64,000 nucleotides of DNA. It comes from Eledone cirrhosa. Taxonomy: Eukaryota. Both the position numbers and the translations under genes were made by a program. How positions within the stretch are numbered: position 1 is the stretch's first letter; every line of letters begins with the position of its first letter. Below, one piece after another: positions 11,301 through 26,300 of the stretch. The notes under the pieces were generated by a model. It worked only from the letters and a program-made list of their open reading frames with translations, was not told where the DNA came from and did no database searches. Location of the stretch: contig OZ024740.1 in the NCBI GenBank assembly GCA_964016885.1, positions 3,224,001-3,288,000 of the forward strand. The letters are read 5' to 3'.

Positions 11301-14300
11301 CCTGTCACACCAGTAACTGTTTACATCCCCAAAACATGTCACACCAGTAACAGTTTACACTCCCCAGACGCTGTCTCACCAGTAACTGTTTACATCCCCA
11401 AACATGTCACAACTGTAACAGTTTACACTCCCAAGACCCTGTCACAACATTACCAGTTTACACTCCCCAGACCCTGTCAGAACAGTAACAGTTTACACTC
11501 CCCAGTCCTTGTCACACCAGTAACAGTTTAAACTTCCCAGACTCTGTCATACCAGTAACAGTTTACACTCCCCAGACCTTGTCACACCAGTAACAGTTTA
11601 CACTCCCCAGACCTTGTCACACCAGTAACAGTTTACACTCCCCAGACCTTGTCACACCAGTAACAGTTTACACTCCCCAGACCTTGTCACACCAGTAACA
11701 GTTTACACTTCCCTGACCCTTTCACAACATTAACAGTTTACATTCCACAGACTCTGTCACATGAGTGACAGTTTACACTCCCCAGACCCTGTCATATTAA
11801 CAGTTTACACTCCCCGGACACTCTCACAAGAGTAACAGTTTACACTTCGCAGACTCTTTCAAATCAGTAACAGTTTTCACTCCCCAGACCCTGTCACATC
11901 AGTAACAGTTTACAGTCCCCAGACCCTGTCACACCATTAGTAGTTTACACTCCCCAGACCTTGTCACACCAGTAACATTTGACACTCCTCAGACCCTGTG
12001 ATACGAGTAACAGTTTACACTCCCCAGACATTTTCACACCAGTAACAGTTTACACTTTCCAGACCCTGTCACAACAGTAACAGTTTACAGTCCACAGACC
12101 TTGTCACACCAGTAACAGTTTACACTCCCCAGACTCTGTCACACCAGTAACAGTTTACACTCCCCAGACCCTGTCACAACATTAACAGTTGACCCTCCCA
12201 GACCCTGTCACAACAGTAACATATTACACTCCCCGACCCTGTCACAACAGTAACAGTTTACACTCCCGATACCCTGTTACTCCAGTAACAGTTTACACTC
12301 CCCAGACCTTGTCACACCAGTAACAGTTTACACTCACCAGACCCTGTCACACCAGTAACAGATTACACCCCGAGACCCTCTTACATCAGTAACCGTTTAC
12401 ACTCCCCAGACCTTGTCACACCAGTAACAGTTTAAACTCCACAAAACCTGTCACACCAGTAACAGTTTACACTCCCCAGATCCTGTCTCACCAGTAACTG
12501 TTTAGATCCCCAGAACATGTCCCAACTGTAACAGTTTACACTCCCAAGACCCTTTCACAACATTACCAGTTTACACTCGCCCAGACATTGTCACACCATT
12601 AACAGTTTACACTCCCCAGACTCTGTCATACCAGTAACAGTTTACACTCCCCAGACCTTGTCACACCAGTAACAGTTTACACTCCCCTGACCCTGTCACA
12701 ACATTAACAGTTTACATTCCACAGACCCTGTCACATGAGTGACAGTTTACACTCCCCAGACCCTGTCATATTAACAGTTTACACTCCCCGGACACTGTCA
12801 CAAGAGTAACAGTTACACTTCGCAGACTCTTTCAAATCAGTAACAGTTTACACTCCCCAGACCCTGTCACACCAGTAACAGTTTACACTTCCCAGACCCT
12901 GTCACAAAATTAACAGTTGACGCTCCCAGACCCTGTCACAACAGTAACAGATTACACTCCCCAGACCCTGTCACAACAGTAACAATTTAAACTCCCCAGA
13001 CCCTGTCACACCAGTAAATGTTTCACACGGCCCTGATCCTGTCATATCAATGACAGTTTACACTCCCCAGAACCTGTCACACAAGTAACAGTTTACACAC
13101 CTCAGACCCTGTCACACCAGTAACAGTTTACACTCAACATAACCTGTCACAACATTAACAGTTAACTCTCCTCAGACCCTGTCAGAAGAGTAACAGTTTA
13201 CACTCCCCAGTCCTTTTCACACCAGTAACAGTTTACACTCCACAGACCTTGTCACACCAGTAAAAGTTTACACTCCACAGACCTTGTCATACGAGTAACA
13301 GTTTACACTCCCCAGACCGTGTCACAACATTAACAGTTAACACTCTGCAGACTCTGTCACACCAGTAACAGTTTACACTCCACAGACCTTGTTCTACCAG
13401 TAACAGTTTACACTCCCCAGACCCTGTCACAACATTAACAGTTAACCCTCCCCAGACCCTGTCACAACAGTAACAGATTACACTCCCCAGACCCTGTCAC
13501 AACAGTAAAAATTTACACTCCAGAGATGCTGTCACACCAGTAAAAGTTTACACTCCCCTGACCCTGTCATATCAATGATAGTTTACACTCCCCAGACCCT
13601 GTCACAACAGTAACAGTTTACACTCCACAGACCCTGTCACAACAGTAACAGTTTACACTCCCCAGACCATGTCACACCAGTAACAGTTTACACACCACAG
13701 ACCCTGTCACACCAGTAACAGTTTACACTCCCCAGACCTTGTCACACCAGTAACAGTTTACACTCCCCAGACACTGTAACACCATTAACAGTTTACACTC
13801 CCCAGACCTTGTCACACCGGTAACAGTTTACACTCACCAGACCCTGTCACACCAGTAACAGATTACACCCCGAGACCCTCTCACGCCAGTAACCGTTTAC
13901 ACTCCCCAGACCTTGTCACACCAGTAACAGTTTAAACTCAACAGAACCTGTCACACCAGTAACAGTTTACACTCCCCAGACACTGTCACACCAGTAACGG
14001 TTTACATCCCCAGAACATATCACAACTGTAACAGTTTACACTCCCAAGACCCTGTCACAACATTACGAGTTTACACTCCCCAGACCCTGTCAGAACAGTA
14101 ACAGTTTACACTCCCCATACCTTGTCACACCAGTAACAGTTTACACTCCCCTGACCCTGTCACAACATTAACAGTTTACATTCCACAGACCCTGTCACAT
14201 GAGTGACAGTTTACACTCCCCAGACCCTGTCATATTAACAGTTTACACTCCCCGGACACTGTCACAAGAGTAACAGTTACACTTCCCAGACTCTTTCAAA

Positions 14301-17300
14301 TCAGTAACAGTTTACACTCCCCAGACCCTGTCACATCAGTAACAGTTTACACTCCCCAGACCTTGTCACACCAGTAACATTTGACACTCCTCAGACCCTG
14401 TGATACGAGTGACAGTTTACACTCCACAGACATTTTCACACCATTAACAGTTTACACTCCCCAGACCCTGTCACAACAGTAACAGTTTACAGTCCACAGA
14501 CCGTGTCACACCAGTAATAGTTTACACTCACCAGACTCTGTCACACCAGTAACAGTTTACACTCCCCAGACCCTGTCAAAACATTAACAGTTAACCCTCC
14601 CCAGACCCTGTCACAACAGTAACAATTTACACTCCCCAGACGCTGTCACACCAGTAAATGTTTACATGGCCCTGATCCTATCATATCAATGTCAGTTTAC
14701 GTTCCCCAGACCCTGTCACAACATTAACAGTTTACACACCTCAGACCCTGTCACACCAGTAACAGTTTACACTCCACAGATCTTGTCACACCAGTAAAAG
14801 TTTACACTCCACAGACCTTGTCATACCAGTAACAGTTTACACTCCCCAGACCCTGTCACAATATTAACATTTAACCCACCCCAGACCCTGTCATAACAGT
14901 AACAGATTACACTCCCCAGACCCTGTCACAACAGTAACAGTTTACACTCCCCAGACATTGTCACACCAGTAACAGTTTAAACTCCACAGAACCTGTCACA
15001 CCAGTAACAGTTTACACTCCCCAGACACTGTCACACCAGTAACTGTTTACATCCCCAGAACATGTCTCAACAGTAACAGTTTACACTCCACAGACCTTGT
15101 CACACCAGTAACAGTTTACACTCCCCTGACCCTGTCACAACATTAACAGTTTACATTCCACAGACTCTTTCAAATCAGTAACAATTTACACTCCACAGAC
15201 GCTGTCACATCAGTAACAGCTTACACTCCCCGGACCCTGTCACAAGAGTAACAGTTTACACTTACCAGACTCTTTCAAATCAGTAACAGTTTACACTCCC
15301 CAGATCCTGTCACATCAGTAACAGTTTACACTCTCCAGGCCCTGTCACACCATTAGTAGTTTACACTCCCCAGACCTTGTCACACCAGTAACATTTGATA
15401 CTCCTCAGACCCTGTGATACGAGTAACAGTTTACACTCCCCAGACCCTGTCACAACAGTAACAGATTACACTCCCCAGACCCTATCACAACAGTAAGAAT
15501 TTACACTCCCCAGACCCTGTCACACCAGTAAATGTTTACACGGCCCTGATCCTGTCTTATCAATGACAGTTTACACTCCCCAGACCCTGTCACAACATTA
15601 ACAGTTTACACACCTCAGACCCTGTCACACCAGTAACAGTTTACGCTCCACAGACCTTTCACACCAGTAAAAGTTTACACTCCACAAACCTTGTCATACC
15701 AGTAACAGTTTACACTCCCCAGACCCTGTCACAAAATTAACAGTTAACCCTTCCCAGACCCTGTCATAACAGTAACAGATTACACTCCCCAGACCCTGTC
15801 ACAACAGTAACAGTTTACACTCCACAGACCCTGTTACAACAGTAAGAGTTTACACTCACCAGACCATGTCACACCAGTAACAGTTTACACACCACAGACC
15901 GTCACACCAGTAACAGTTTACACTCCCCAGACCTTGTCACATCGGTAACAGTTTACACTCACCAGACCCTGTCACACCTGTAACAGATTACACTCCGAGA
16001 CCCTCTCACACCAGTAAACCGTTTACACTCTCCAGATCTTGTCACACCAGTAACAGTTTAAACTCCACAGAACCTTTCACACCAGTAACAGTTTACACTC
16101 CCCAGACACTGTCACACCAGTAACTGTTTACATCCCCAGAACATGTCACAACTGTAACAGTTTACACTCCCAAGACCCTGTCACAACATTACCAGTTTAC
16201 ACTCCCCAGACCCTGTCAGAACAGTAACAGTTTACGCTCGCCAGACCTTGTCACACCAGTAACAGTGTACACTCCCCTGACCTTGTCACAACATTAACAG
16301 TTTACATTCCACAGACCCTGTCACATGAGTGACAGTTTACACTCCACAGACCCTGTCATATTAACAGTTTACACTCCCCGCCCCTGTCACAAGAGTAACA
16401 GTTTACACTTCCCAAACTCTTTCAAATCAGTAACAGCTTACACTCCCCGGACTCTGTCACATCAGTAACAGTTTACACTCCCCAGACCCTGTCACACCAT
16501 TAGTAGTTTACACTCCTCAGACCTTGTCACACCAGTAACATTTGACACTCACCAGACTCTGTCACACCAGTAACAGTTTACACTCCCCAGACCCTGTCAC
16601 AACATTATTAGTTTACACTCCCCAGACCTTGTCACACCAGTAACATTTGACACTCCTCAGACCCTGTGATACGAGTAACAATTTACACTCCCCAGACATT
16701 TTCACACCAGTAACAGTTTACACTCCCCAAAACCCTGTCACAACAGTAACAGTTTACAGTCCACAGACCTTGTCACACCAGTAATAGTTTACACTGACCA
16801 GACTCTGTCAGACCAGTAACAGTTTACACTCCCCAGACCCTGTCACAACATTAACAGTTAACCCTCCCCAGACCCTGTCACAACAGTAACAGATTACACT
16901 CCCCAGACCCTGTCACAACAGTAACAATTTACACTCCCCAGACCCTGTCACACCAGTAAATGTTTACATGGCCCTGATCCTGACATATCAATGACAGTTT
17001 ACACTCCCCAGACCCTGTCACACTAGTAACAGTTTACACATCACAGACCATGTCACACCAGTAACAGTTTACACTCACCAGAGCTTGTCACATCAGTAAC
17101 AGTTTACACTCCCCCGGACCCTCTCACACCCCTAAAAGTTTACACTCCCCTGACCCTGTCACAAAATTAACAGTTTACACTCCCCAGACCCTGTCACATC
17201 AATAACAGTTTACACTCCCTAGGCCCTCTCACAACATGAAGAGTTTACAGTCCCCAGACCTTGTTACACCAGTAACAGTTTACACTCCCCAGACACTGTC

Positions 17301-20300
17301 ACACCGGTAACAGTTTAAACTCACCAGACCCTGTCACACCAGTAACAGATTACACCTCGAGACCCTCTCACACCAGTAACCGTTTACACTCCCCAGACCT
17401 TGTCACACCAGTAACAGTTTAAACTCCACAGAACCTGTCACACCAGTAACAGTTTACACTCCCCAGACACTGTCACACCAGTAACTGTTTACATCCCCAG
17501 AACATGTCACAACTGTAACAGTTTACACTCCCAAGACCCTGTCACAACATTACCAGTTTACACTCCCCAGACCCTGTCAGAACAGTAACAGTTTACACTC
17601 ACCAGACCTTGTCACACCAGTAACAGTTTACACTCCCCTGACCCTGTCACAACATTAACAGTTTACGTTCCACAGACCCTGTCACATGAGTGACAGTTTA
17701 CACTCCCCAGACCCTGTCATATTAACAGTTTACACTCCCCGGACCCTGTCACAAGAGTGACGGTTACACTTCCCAGACTCTTTCAAATCAGTAAGAGTTT
17801 ACACTCCGCAGACCCTGTCACAACAGTAACAGTTTACTGTCCACAGACCGTGTCATACCAGTAATAGTTTACACTCAACAGACTCTGTCACACCAGTAAC
17901 AGTTTACACTCCCCAGACCCTGTCACAACATTATCAGTTAACCCTCCCCAGACCCTGTCACAACAGTAACAATTTACACTCCCCAGACACTGTCACACCT
18001 GTAAATGTTTACATGTCCCTGATCCTGTCATATCAATGTCAGTTTACATTCCCCAGACCCTGTCAGAACAGTAACAGTTTACACTCCCCAGACCTTGTCA
18101 CACCAATAACAGTTTACACTCCCCTGACCCTGTCACAACATTAACAGTTTACATTCCACAGACTCTTTCAAATCAGTAACAATTTACACTCCACAGACCC
18201 TGTCATATCAGTAACAGTTTACACTCCCCGGACCCTGTCACAAGAGTAACAGTTTACACTTCCCAGACTCTTTCAAATCAGTAACAGTTTACACTCCCCA
18301 GACCCTGTCACAACATTAACAGTTTACACACCTCAGACCCTGTCACACCAGTAACAGTTTACACTCCACAGACCTTGTCACACCAATAAAAGTTTACACT
18401 CCACAGACCTTCTCATACCAGTTACAGTTTACATTCCCCAGACCCTGTCACAACAGTAACAGTTTATACTCCACAGACCCTGTCACAACAGTAACAGTTT
18501 ACACTCCCCAGACCATGTCACACCAGTAACAGTTTACACACCACAGACCCTGTCACACCAGTAACAGTTTACACTCCCCAGACCTTGTCACACCGGTAAC
18601 AGTTTACACTCACCAGACCCTGTCACAACAGTAACAGATTACACCCCGAGACCCTCTCACACCAGTAACCGTTTACACTCCCCAGACCTTGTCACACCAG
18701 TAACAGTTTAAACTCCACAGAACCTGTCACACCAGTAACAGTTTACACTCCCCAGACACTGTCACACCTGTAAGTGTTTATATCCCCAGAACATGTCACA
18801 ACTGTAACAGATTACACTCCCAAGACCCTGTCACAACATTACCAGTTTACACTCCCCAGACCCTGTCAGAACAGTAACAGTTTACACTCCCCAGACCTTG
18901 TCACACGAGTAACAGTTTACACTCCCCTGACCTTGTCACAACATTAACAGTTTACACTCCACAGACCCTGTCATATTAACAGTTTACACTCCCCGCCCCT
19001 GTCACAAGAGTAACAGTTTACACTTCCCAGACTCTTTCAAATCAGTGACAGCTTACACTCACCGGACCCTGTCACATCAGTAACAGTTTACACTCCCCAG
19101 ACCCTGTCACACCAGTAGTAGTTTACACTCCCCAGACCTTGTCACAGCAGTAACATTTGACACACCGCTGACCCTGTGATACGAGTAACAGTTTACACAC
19201 CACAGACATTTTCACACCAGTAACAGTTTACACTCCCAAGACCCTGTCACAACAGTAACAGTTTACAGTCCACAGACCTTGTCACACCAGTAATAGTTTA
19301 CACTCACCAGACTCTGTCACACCAGTAACAGTTTACGCTCCCCAGACCCTGTCACGACATTAACATTTAACCATCCCCAGACCCTGTCACAACAGTAACA
19401 GATTACACTCCCCAGACCCTGTCACAACAGTAACAATTTACACTCCCCAGACCCTGTCACACCAGTAAATGTTTACATGGCCCTGATCCTGTCATATCAA
19501 TGACAGTTTACACTCCCCAGACCCGGTCACACCAGTAACACTTTACACTTCCCAGACCCTGTTACACCGGTAACAGTTTACACTCACCAGAGCTTGTCAC
19601 ATCAGTAACAGTTTACACTCCCCCAGACCCTTTCACACCAGTAACAGTTTACACTCCCCTGACCCTGTCACAAACTTAACAGTTTACACTCCCCAGATCC
19701 TGTCACATCAATAACAGTTTACACTCCCTAGGCCCTGTCACAACATGAAGAGTTTACAGTCCCCAGACCTTGTCACACCAGTAAGAGTTTACACTCCCCA
19801 GAATCTGTCACAACTTTAGCAGTTAACGCTCCACAGACCCTGTCAGAAGAGTAACAGTTTACACTCCCCAGACCTTGTCACATCAGTAAATGTTTACACT
19901 CCACAAACTTGTCAGACCCTGTCACACCAGTAACAGTTTACACTCCACAGACTCTGTCACACCAGTAACAGTTAACACTCCTCAGACTCTGTCACACATG
20001 TAACAGTTTACACTCCAAAGACCCTGTCACATCCGTATCAGTTTACACTCCACAGATCTTGTCATATCAGTAACAGTTTACAATACACAGACCCTGTCAC
20101 AAAATTAACAGTTAACACTCCCCAGACCCTGTCACAACAGTAACAGATTACACTCCCCAGACCGTGTCACAACAGTAACAATTTACAGTCCCCAGACACT
20201 GTCACACCAGTAAAAGTTTACACTCCCCTGACCCTGTCATATCAATGACAGTTTAAACTCCCCAGACCCTGCCACAACATTAACAGTTTACACACCCCAT

Positions 20301-23300
20301 ACCCTGTCACACCACAGATCCTGTCACACCAGTAACAGTTTACACTCCAAAGACCCTGTCACACCTGTATCACTTTACACTTCACAGGCCTTTTCATACC
20401 AGTAACACTTTACACTACCCAGACCATGTCACAACATTAACAGTTAACTCTCCCCACACCCTGTCACAACAGTAACAATTTACACACCCCAGACCCTGTC
20501 ACACCAGTAAATGTTTACACTCCCCTGACCCTGTCACAACATTAACAGTTTACACACACCAGACCCTGTCACAACTATAACAGTTTACACTCCCCGACCC
20601 TGTCAAATCAATACCAGTTTACACTCCCCAGACCCTCTCACAACATTAACAGTTAACACTCAACAGACCCTGTCACAACAGTAACAGTTTACACTCCACA
20701 GACTCTGTCACACCAGTAACAGTTAACACTCCTCAGACTCTGTCACACATGTAACAGTTTACACTCCAAAGACCCTGTCACATCCGTATCAGTTTACACT
20801 CCACAGACCCTGTCACACCAGTAACAGTTTACACTCCCCAGACCCTGTCAGAATAGTAACAGTTTACACTCCCCAGACCCTGTCAGAACAGTAACAGTTT
20901 ACACTCCCCAGACCCTGTAAGAACAGTAACAGTTTACACTCCCCAGACCCTGTCACACCAGTAACAGTTTACACTCCCCAGACCCTGTCACACCAGTAAC
21001 AGTTTACACTCCCCAGACCTTGTCACAACAGTAACAATTTACACTCCCCAGACCCTGGCACACCAGTAAAAGTTTACACTCCCCTGACCCTGTCATATCA
21101 ATGACAGTTTAAACTCCCCAGACCTTGTCACAACATTAACAGTTTACACACCCCATATCCTGTCACAACATTAACAGTTTACATTCTACAACCCTGTCAC
21201 ATAAATAACAGTTTACACTTCCCAGACTCTGTCACAACATTAACAGTTTACACACCCAAGACCCAGTCACAACAGTAACAGTTTACACTCCCCAGACCAT
21301 GTCATACCAGTAACAGTTTTCACTCCCCGGACTCTGTCACAACATTAACAGTTTACACTCCAAAGACCCTGTCACACCTGTATCAGTTTACACTCCACAG
21401 GCCTTTTCATACCAGTAACACTTTACACTACCCAGACCATGTCACAACATTAACAGTTAACTCTCCCCAGACCCTGTCACAAAGTAACAGATTACACTCC
21501 CCACACCCTCTCACAACAGTAACAATTTACACACCCCAGACCCTGTCACACCAGTAAAGGTTTACACTCCCCTGACCCTGTCACAACATTAACAGTTTAC
21601 ACACCCCAGACCCTGTCACAACAGTAACAGTTTACACTCTCCGACCCTGTCACATCAATGACAGTTTACATTCCCCAGACCCTGTGACAACATTAACAGT
21701 TTACACACCCCAGACCCAGTCACAACAGTAACAGTTTACACTCCCCGACCCTGTCAAATCAATTCCAGTTTACACTCCCCAGACCCTCTCACAATAGTAA
21801 CAGTTTACACTTCCCAGACCCTGTCACATCAATAACAGTTTACACTCCCCAGACCCTGTCACATCAGTAACAGTTTACACTCCCCAGACCCTGTCACACC
21901 ATTAGCAGGGTTACACTCCCCAGACCTTGTCACACCACTAACAGTTTACACTCGTCAGACCTTGTCACACCAGTAACATTTGACACTCCTCAGAAGTTGA
22001 CACACCAGTAACGTTTACACTCCCCAGACCCTGTCACACCAGTAACAGTTTACACTCCCCAGACCCTGTCACAACAGTAACAGTTTCACTCCACGCTCCA
22101 CGTCACAACATTAACAGTTTACACTTCCCAGACCCTGTCACACCAGTAACAGTTTACACTCCCCAGAGCTTGTCACACCACTAACAGTTTACACTCCCCA
22201 GACTCTGTCACACCAGAAACAGTTTACACTCCCCAGAGCTTGTCACACGAGTAACAGTTTAAAATCCACAGACTCTGTCACACCAGTAACAGTTTACACT
22301 CCCCAGACCTTGTCACACCAGTAACAGTTTAGACTCCCCAGACCCTGTCACACCAATAACTGTTTACATCCCCAGAACATGTGACAACAGTAACAGTTTA
22401 CACTTCCTAGACACTGTCACACCAGTAACAGTTTACACTTTCCATACCTTGTCTCACCAGTAACAGTTTACACTTCCCATACCTTGTCTCACCAGTAACC
22501 GTTTACACTCCCCATACCCTGTCACAACATTAACAGTTTAGACTCACTTGACCCAGTCACAACAGCAACAGTTAACACACTCCAGACCCTGGCACATCAA
22601 TAACAGTTTACACACCCCAGATCATGTCACACCAGCAATAGTTTACACTCCACAGACTCTGTCACACCAGTAACAGTTTACACTCCCCAGACCCTGTCAC
22701 ACCAGTAACTGTTTACACTCCCAGCCCTTGTCACAACATTAACAGTTTACACACCCCAGACCCTGTTACTATAGTAACAGTTTACACACTCCGACCCTGT
22801 CACATCAATGACAGTTTACACTCCCCAGACCCTGTCTCAACATTAACAGTTACACACCCCAGACCCAGTCACAACAGTAACAGTTTACTCTCCCCAACCC
22901 TGTCAAATCAATAACAGTTTACACTCCCCAGACCTCTCACAACATTAACAGTTAACACTCCAAAGACCCTGTAACAACAGTAACATTTTACACTCCCCAG
23001 ACTCTGTCTCACCAGTAACAGTTTACACTCCCCAGACCCTGTCACAGCAGTAACAGTTTACACTCCACAGACTTTGTCAAACCAGTAACAGATTACACTC
23101 CGAGACCCTCTCACACCAGTAACCGTTTACACTCCCCAGACCTTGTCACACCAGTAACAGTTTAAACTTCACAGGACCTGTCACACCAGTAACAGTTTAC
23201 ACTCCCCAGACCCTGTCACACCTGTAAATGTTTACATCCCTAGAACATGTCACAACAGTAACAGTTTACACTCCCAAGACCCTGTCACACCAGTAACAGT

Positions 23301-26300
23301 TTACACTCGCCCAGACCTTGTCACACCAGTAACACTTTACACTCCCCAGACCTTGTCACACCAGTAACAGTTTACACTCCCCAGACCCTGTCACAACAGT
23401 AACAGTTGACACTCCCCAGACTTTGTCACACCAGTAACACTTTACACTCCCCAAACCCTGTCACGATAGTAACAGTTTACACTCCCCAGACCCTGTCACA
23501 CCAGGAACAGTTTACACTCCCCAGACCCTGTCACACCATTAACAGTTTACACTCCCCAGACCCTGTCACACCATTAACAGTTTACACTCCCCAGACCTTG
23601 ACACACCAGTAACAGTTTACACTCCCCAGACCCTGTGACAACAGCAACAGTTTACACTCCCCAGACTCTGTGACAACAGTAACAGTTTACACTCCCCTGA
23701 CCCTGTCACACCATTAACAGTTTACACTCCCCAGACCCTGTCACAACAGTAACTGTTTACACTCCCCAGACCCTGTGACAACAGTAACAGTTTACACTCC
23801 CCAGACTTTGTCACACCAGTAACAGTTTACACTCCCCTGACCCTGTGACAACAGTAACAGTTTACACTCCCCCAGACCTTGTCACACCAGTAAAAGTTTA
23901 CACTCCCCCAGACCTTGTCACATCAGTAACAGTTTACACTCCCCCAGACCTTGTCACAACAGTAACAGTTTACACTCCCCCAGACCTTGTCACACCAGTA
24001 AAAGTTTACACTCCCCAGACCCTGTGACAACAGTAACAGTTTACACTCCCCCAGACCTTGTCACACCAGTAACACTTTACACTCCCCAGACCCTGTGACA
24101 ACAGTAACAGTTTACACTCCCCCAGACCCTGTCACACCAGTAACAGTTTACACTTTCCCAGACCTTGTCACACCAGTAACACTTTACACTCGCCCAGTCC
24201 TTGTCACACCAGTAACACTTTACACTCCCCAGACCCTGTGACAACAGTAACAGTTTACACTCCCCCAGACCCTGTCACACCAGTAACAGTTTACACTCCC
24301 CCAGACCTTGTCACACCAGTAACAGTTTACACTGCCCAGACCCTGTGACAACAGTAACAGTTTACACTCCCCAGACCCAGTCACACCAGTAACAGTTTAC
24401 ACTCCCCAGACCTTGTCACACCAGTAACAGTTTACACTCCCCCAGACCTTGTCACACCAGTAACAGTTTACACTCGCCAGACCCTGTGACAACAGCAACA
24501 GTTTACACTCGCCCAGACCTTGTCACACCAGTAACACTTTACACTCGCCCAGACCTTGTCACACCAGTAACAGTTTACACTCCCCCAGACCTTGTCACAC
24601 CAGTAACACTTTACACTCGCCCAGACCTTGTCACACCTGTAACACTTTACACGCCCCAGACCCTGTGACAACAGTAACAGTTTACACTCCCCAGACCTTG
24701 TCACACCAGTAACAATTTACACTCCCCAGACCCTGTGACAACAGTAACAGTTTACACTCCCCCAGACCTTGTCACACCAGTAACAGTTTACACTCCCCAG
24801 ACATTGTCACACCAGTAACAGTTTACACTCCCCCAGACCTTGTCACACCAGTAACAGTTTACACTCCCCAGACCTTGTCACACCAGTAACAGTTTACACT
24901 CCCCAGACCCTGTGACAACAGTAACAGTTTACACTCCCCCAGACCCTGTGACAACAGTAACAGTTTACACTCCCCCAGACCTTGTCACACCAGTAACAGT
25001 TTACACTCCCCAGACCCTGTGACAACAGTAACAGTTTACACTCGCCCAGACCTTGTCACACCAGTAACAGTTTACACACCCCCAGACCTTGTCACACTAG
25101 TAACAGTTTACACTCCCCAGACCCTGTGACAACAGTAACAGTTTACACTCCCCCAGACCCTGTGACAACAGTAACAGTTTACACTCCCCCAGACCTTGTC
25201 ACACCAGTAACAGTTTACACTCCCCAGACCCTGTGACAACAGTAACAGTTTACACTCGCCCAGACCTTGTCACACCAGTAACAGTTTACACACCCCCAGA
25301 CCTTGTCACACCAGTAACAGTTTACACACCCCCAGACCTTGTCACACCAGTAACAGTTTACACTCCCCAGACCCTGTGACAACAGTATCAGTTTACACTC
25401 CCCCAGACCTTGTCACACCAGTAACAGTTTACACTCCCCCAGACCTTGTCACACCAGTAACAGTTTACACTCCCCAGACCTTGTCACACCAGTAACAGTT
25501 TACACTCCCCAGACCCTGTGACAACAGTAACAGTTTACACTCCCCCAGACCCTGTGACAACAGTAACAGTTTACACTCCCCCAGACCTTGTCACACCAGT
25601 AACAGTTTACACTCCCCAGACCCTGTGACAACAGTAACAGTTTACACTCGCCCAGACCTTGTCACACCAGTAACAGTTTACACACCCCCAGACCTTGCCA
25701 CACTAGTAACAGTTTACACACCCCAGACCCTGTGACAACAGTAACAGTTTACACTCCCCCAGACCCTGTGACAACAGTAACAGTTTACACTCCCCCAGAC
25801 CTTGTCACACCAGTAACAGTTTACACTCCCCAGACCCTGTGACAACAGTAACAGTTTACACTCGCCTAGACCTTGTCACACCAGTAACAGTTTACACACC
25901 CCCAGACCTTGTCACACCAGTAACATTTTACACTCCCCAGACCCTGTGACAACAGTAACAGTTTACACCCCCCCAGACCTTGTCACACCAGTAACAGTTT
26001 ACACTCCCCCAGACCTTGTCACACCAGTAACAGTTTACACTTCCCAGACCCTGTCACACCAGTAACAGTTTACACATCCCCAGACCTTGTCACACCAGTA
26101 ACAGTTTACACTCCCCCAGACCTTGTCACACCAGTAACAGTTTACACTCCCCAGACCCTGTCACACCAGTAACAGTTTACACACCCCCAGACCTTGTCAC
26201 ACCAGTAACACTTTACACTCCCCAGACCCTGTGACAACAGTAACAGTTTACACTCCCCCAGACCTTGTCACACCAGTAACAGTTTACACACCCCCAGACC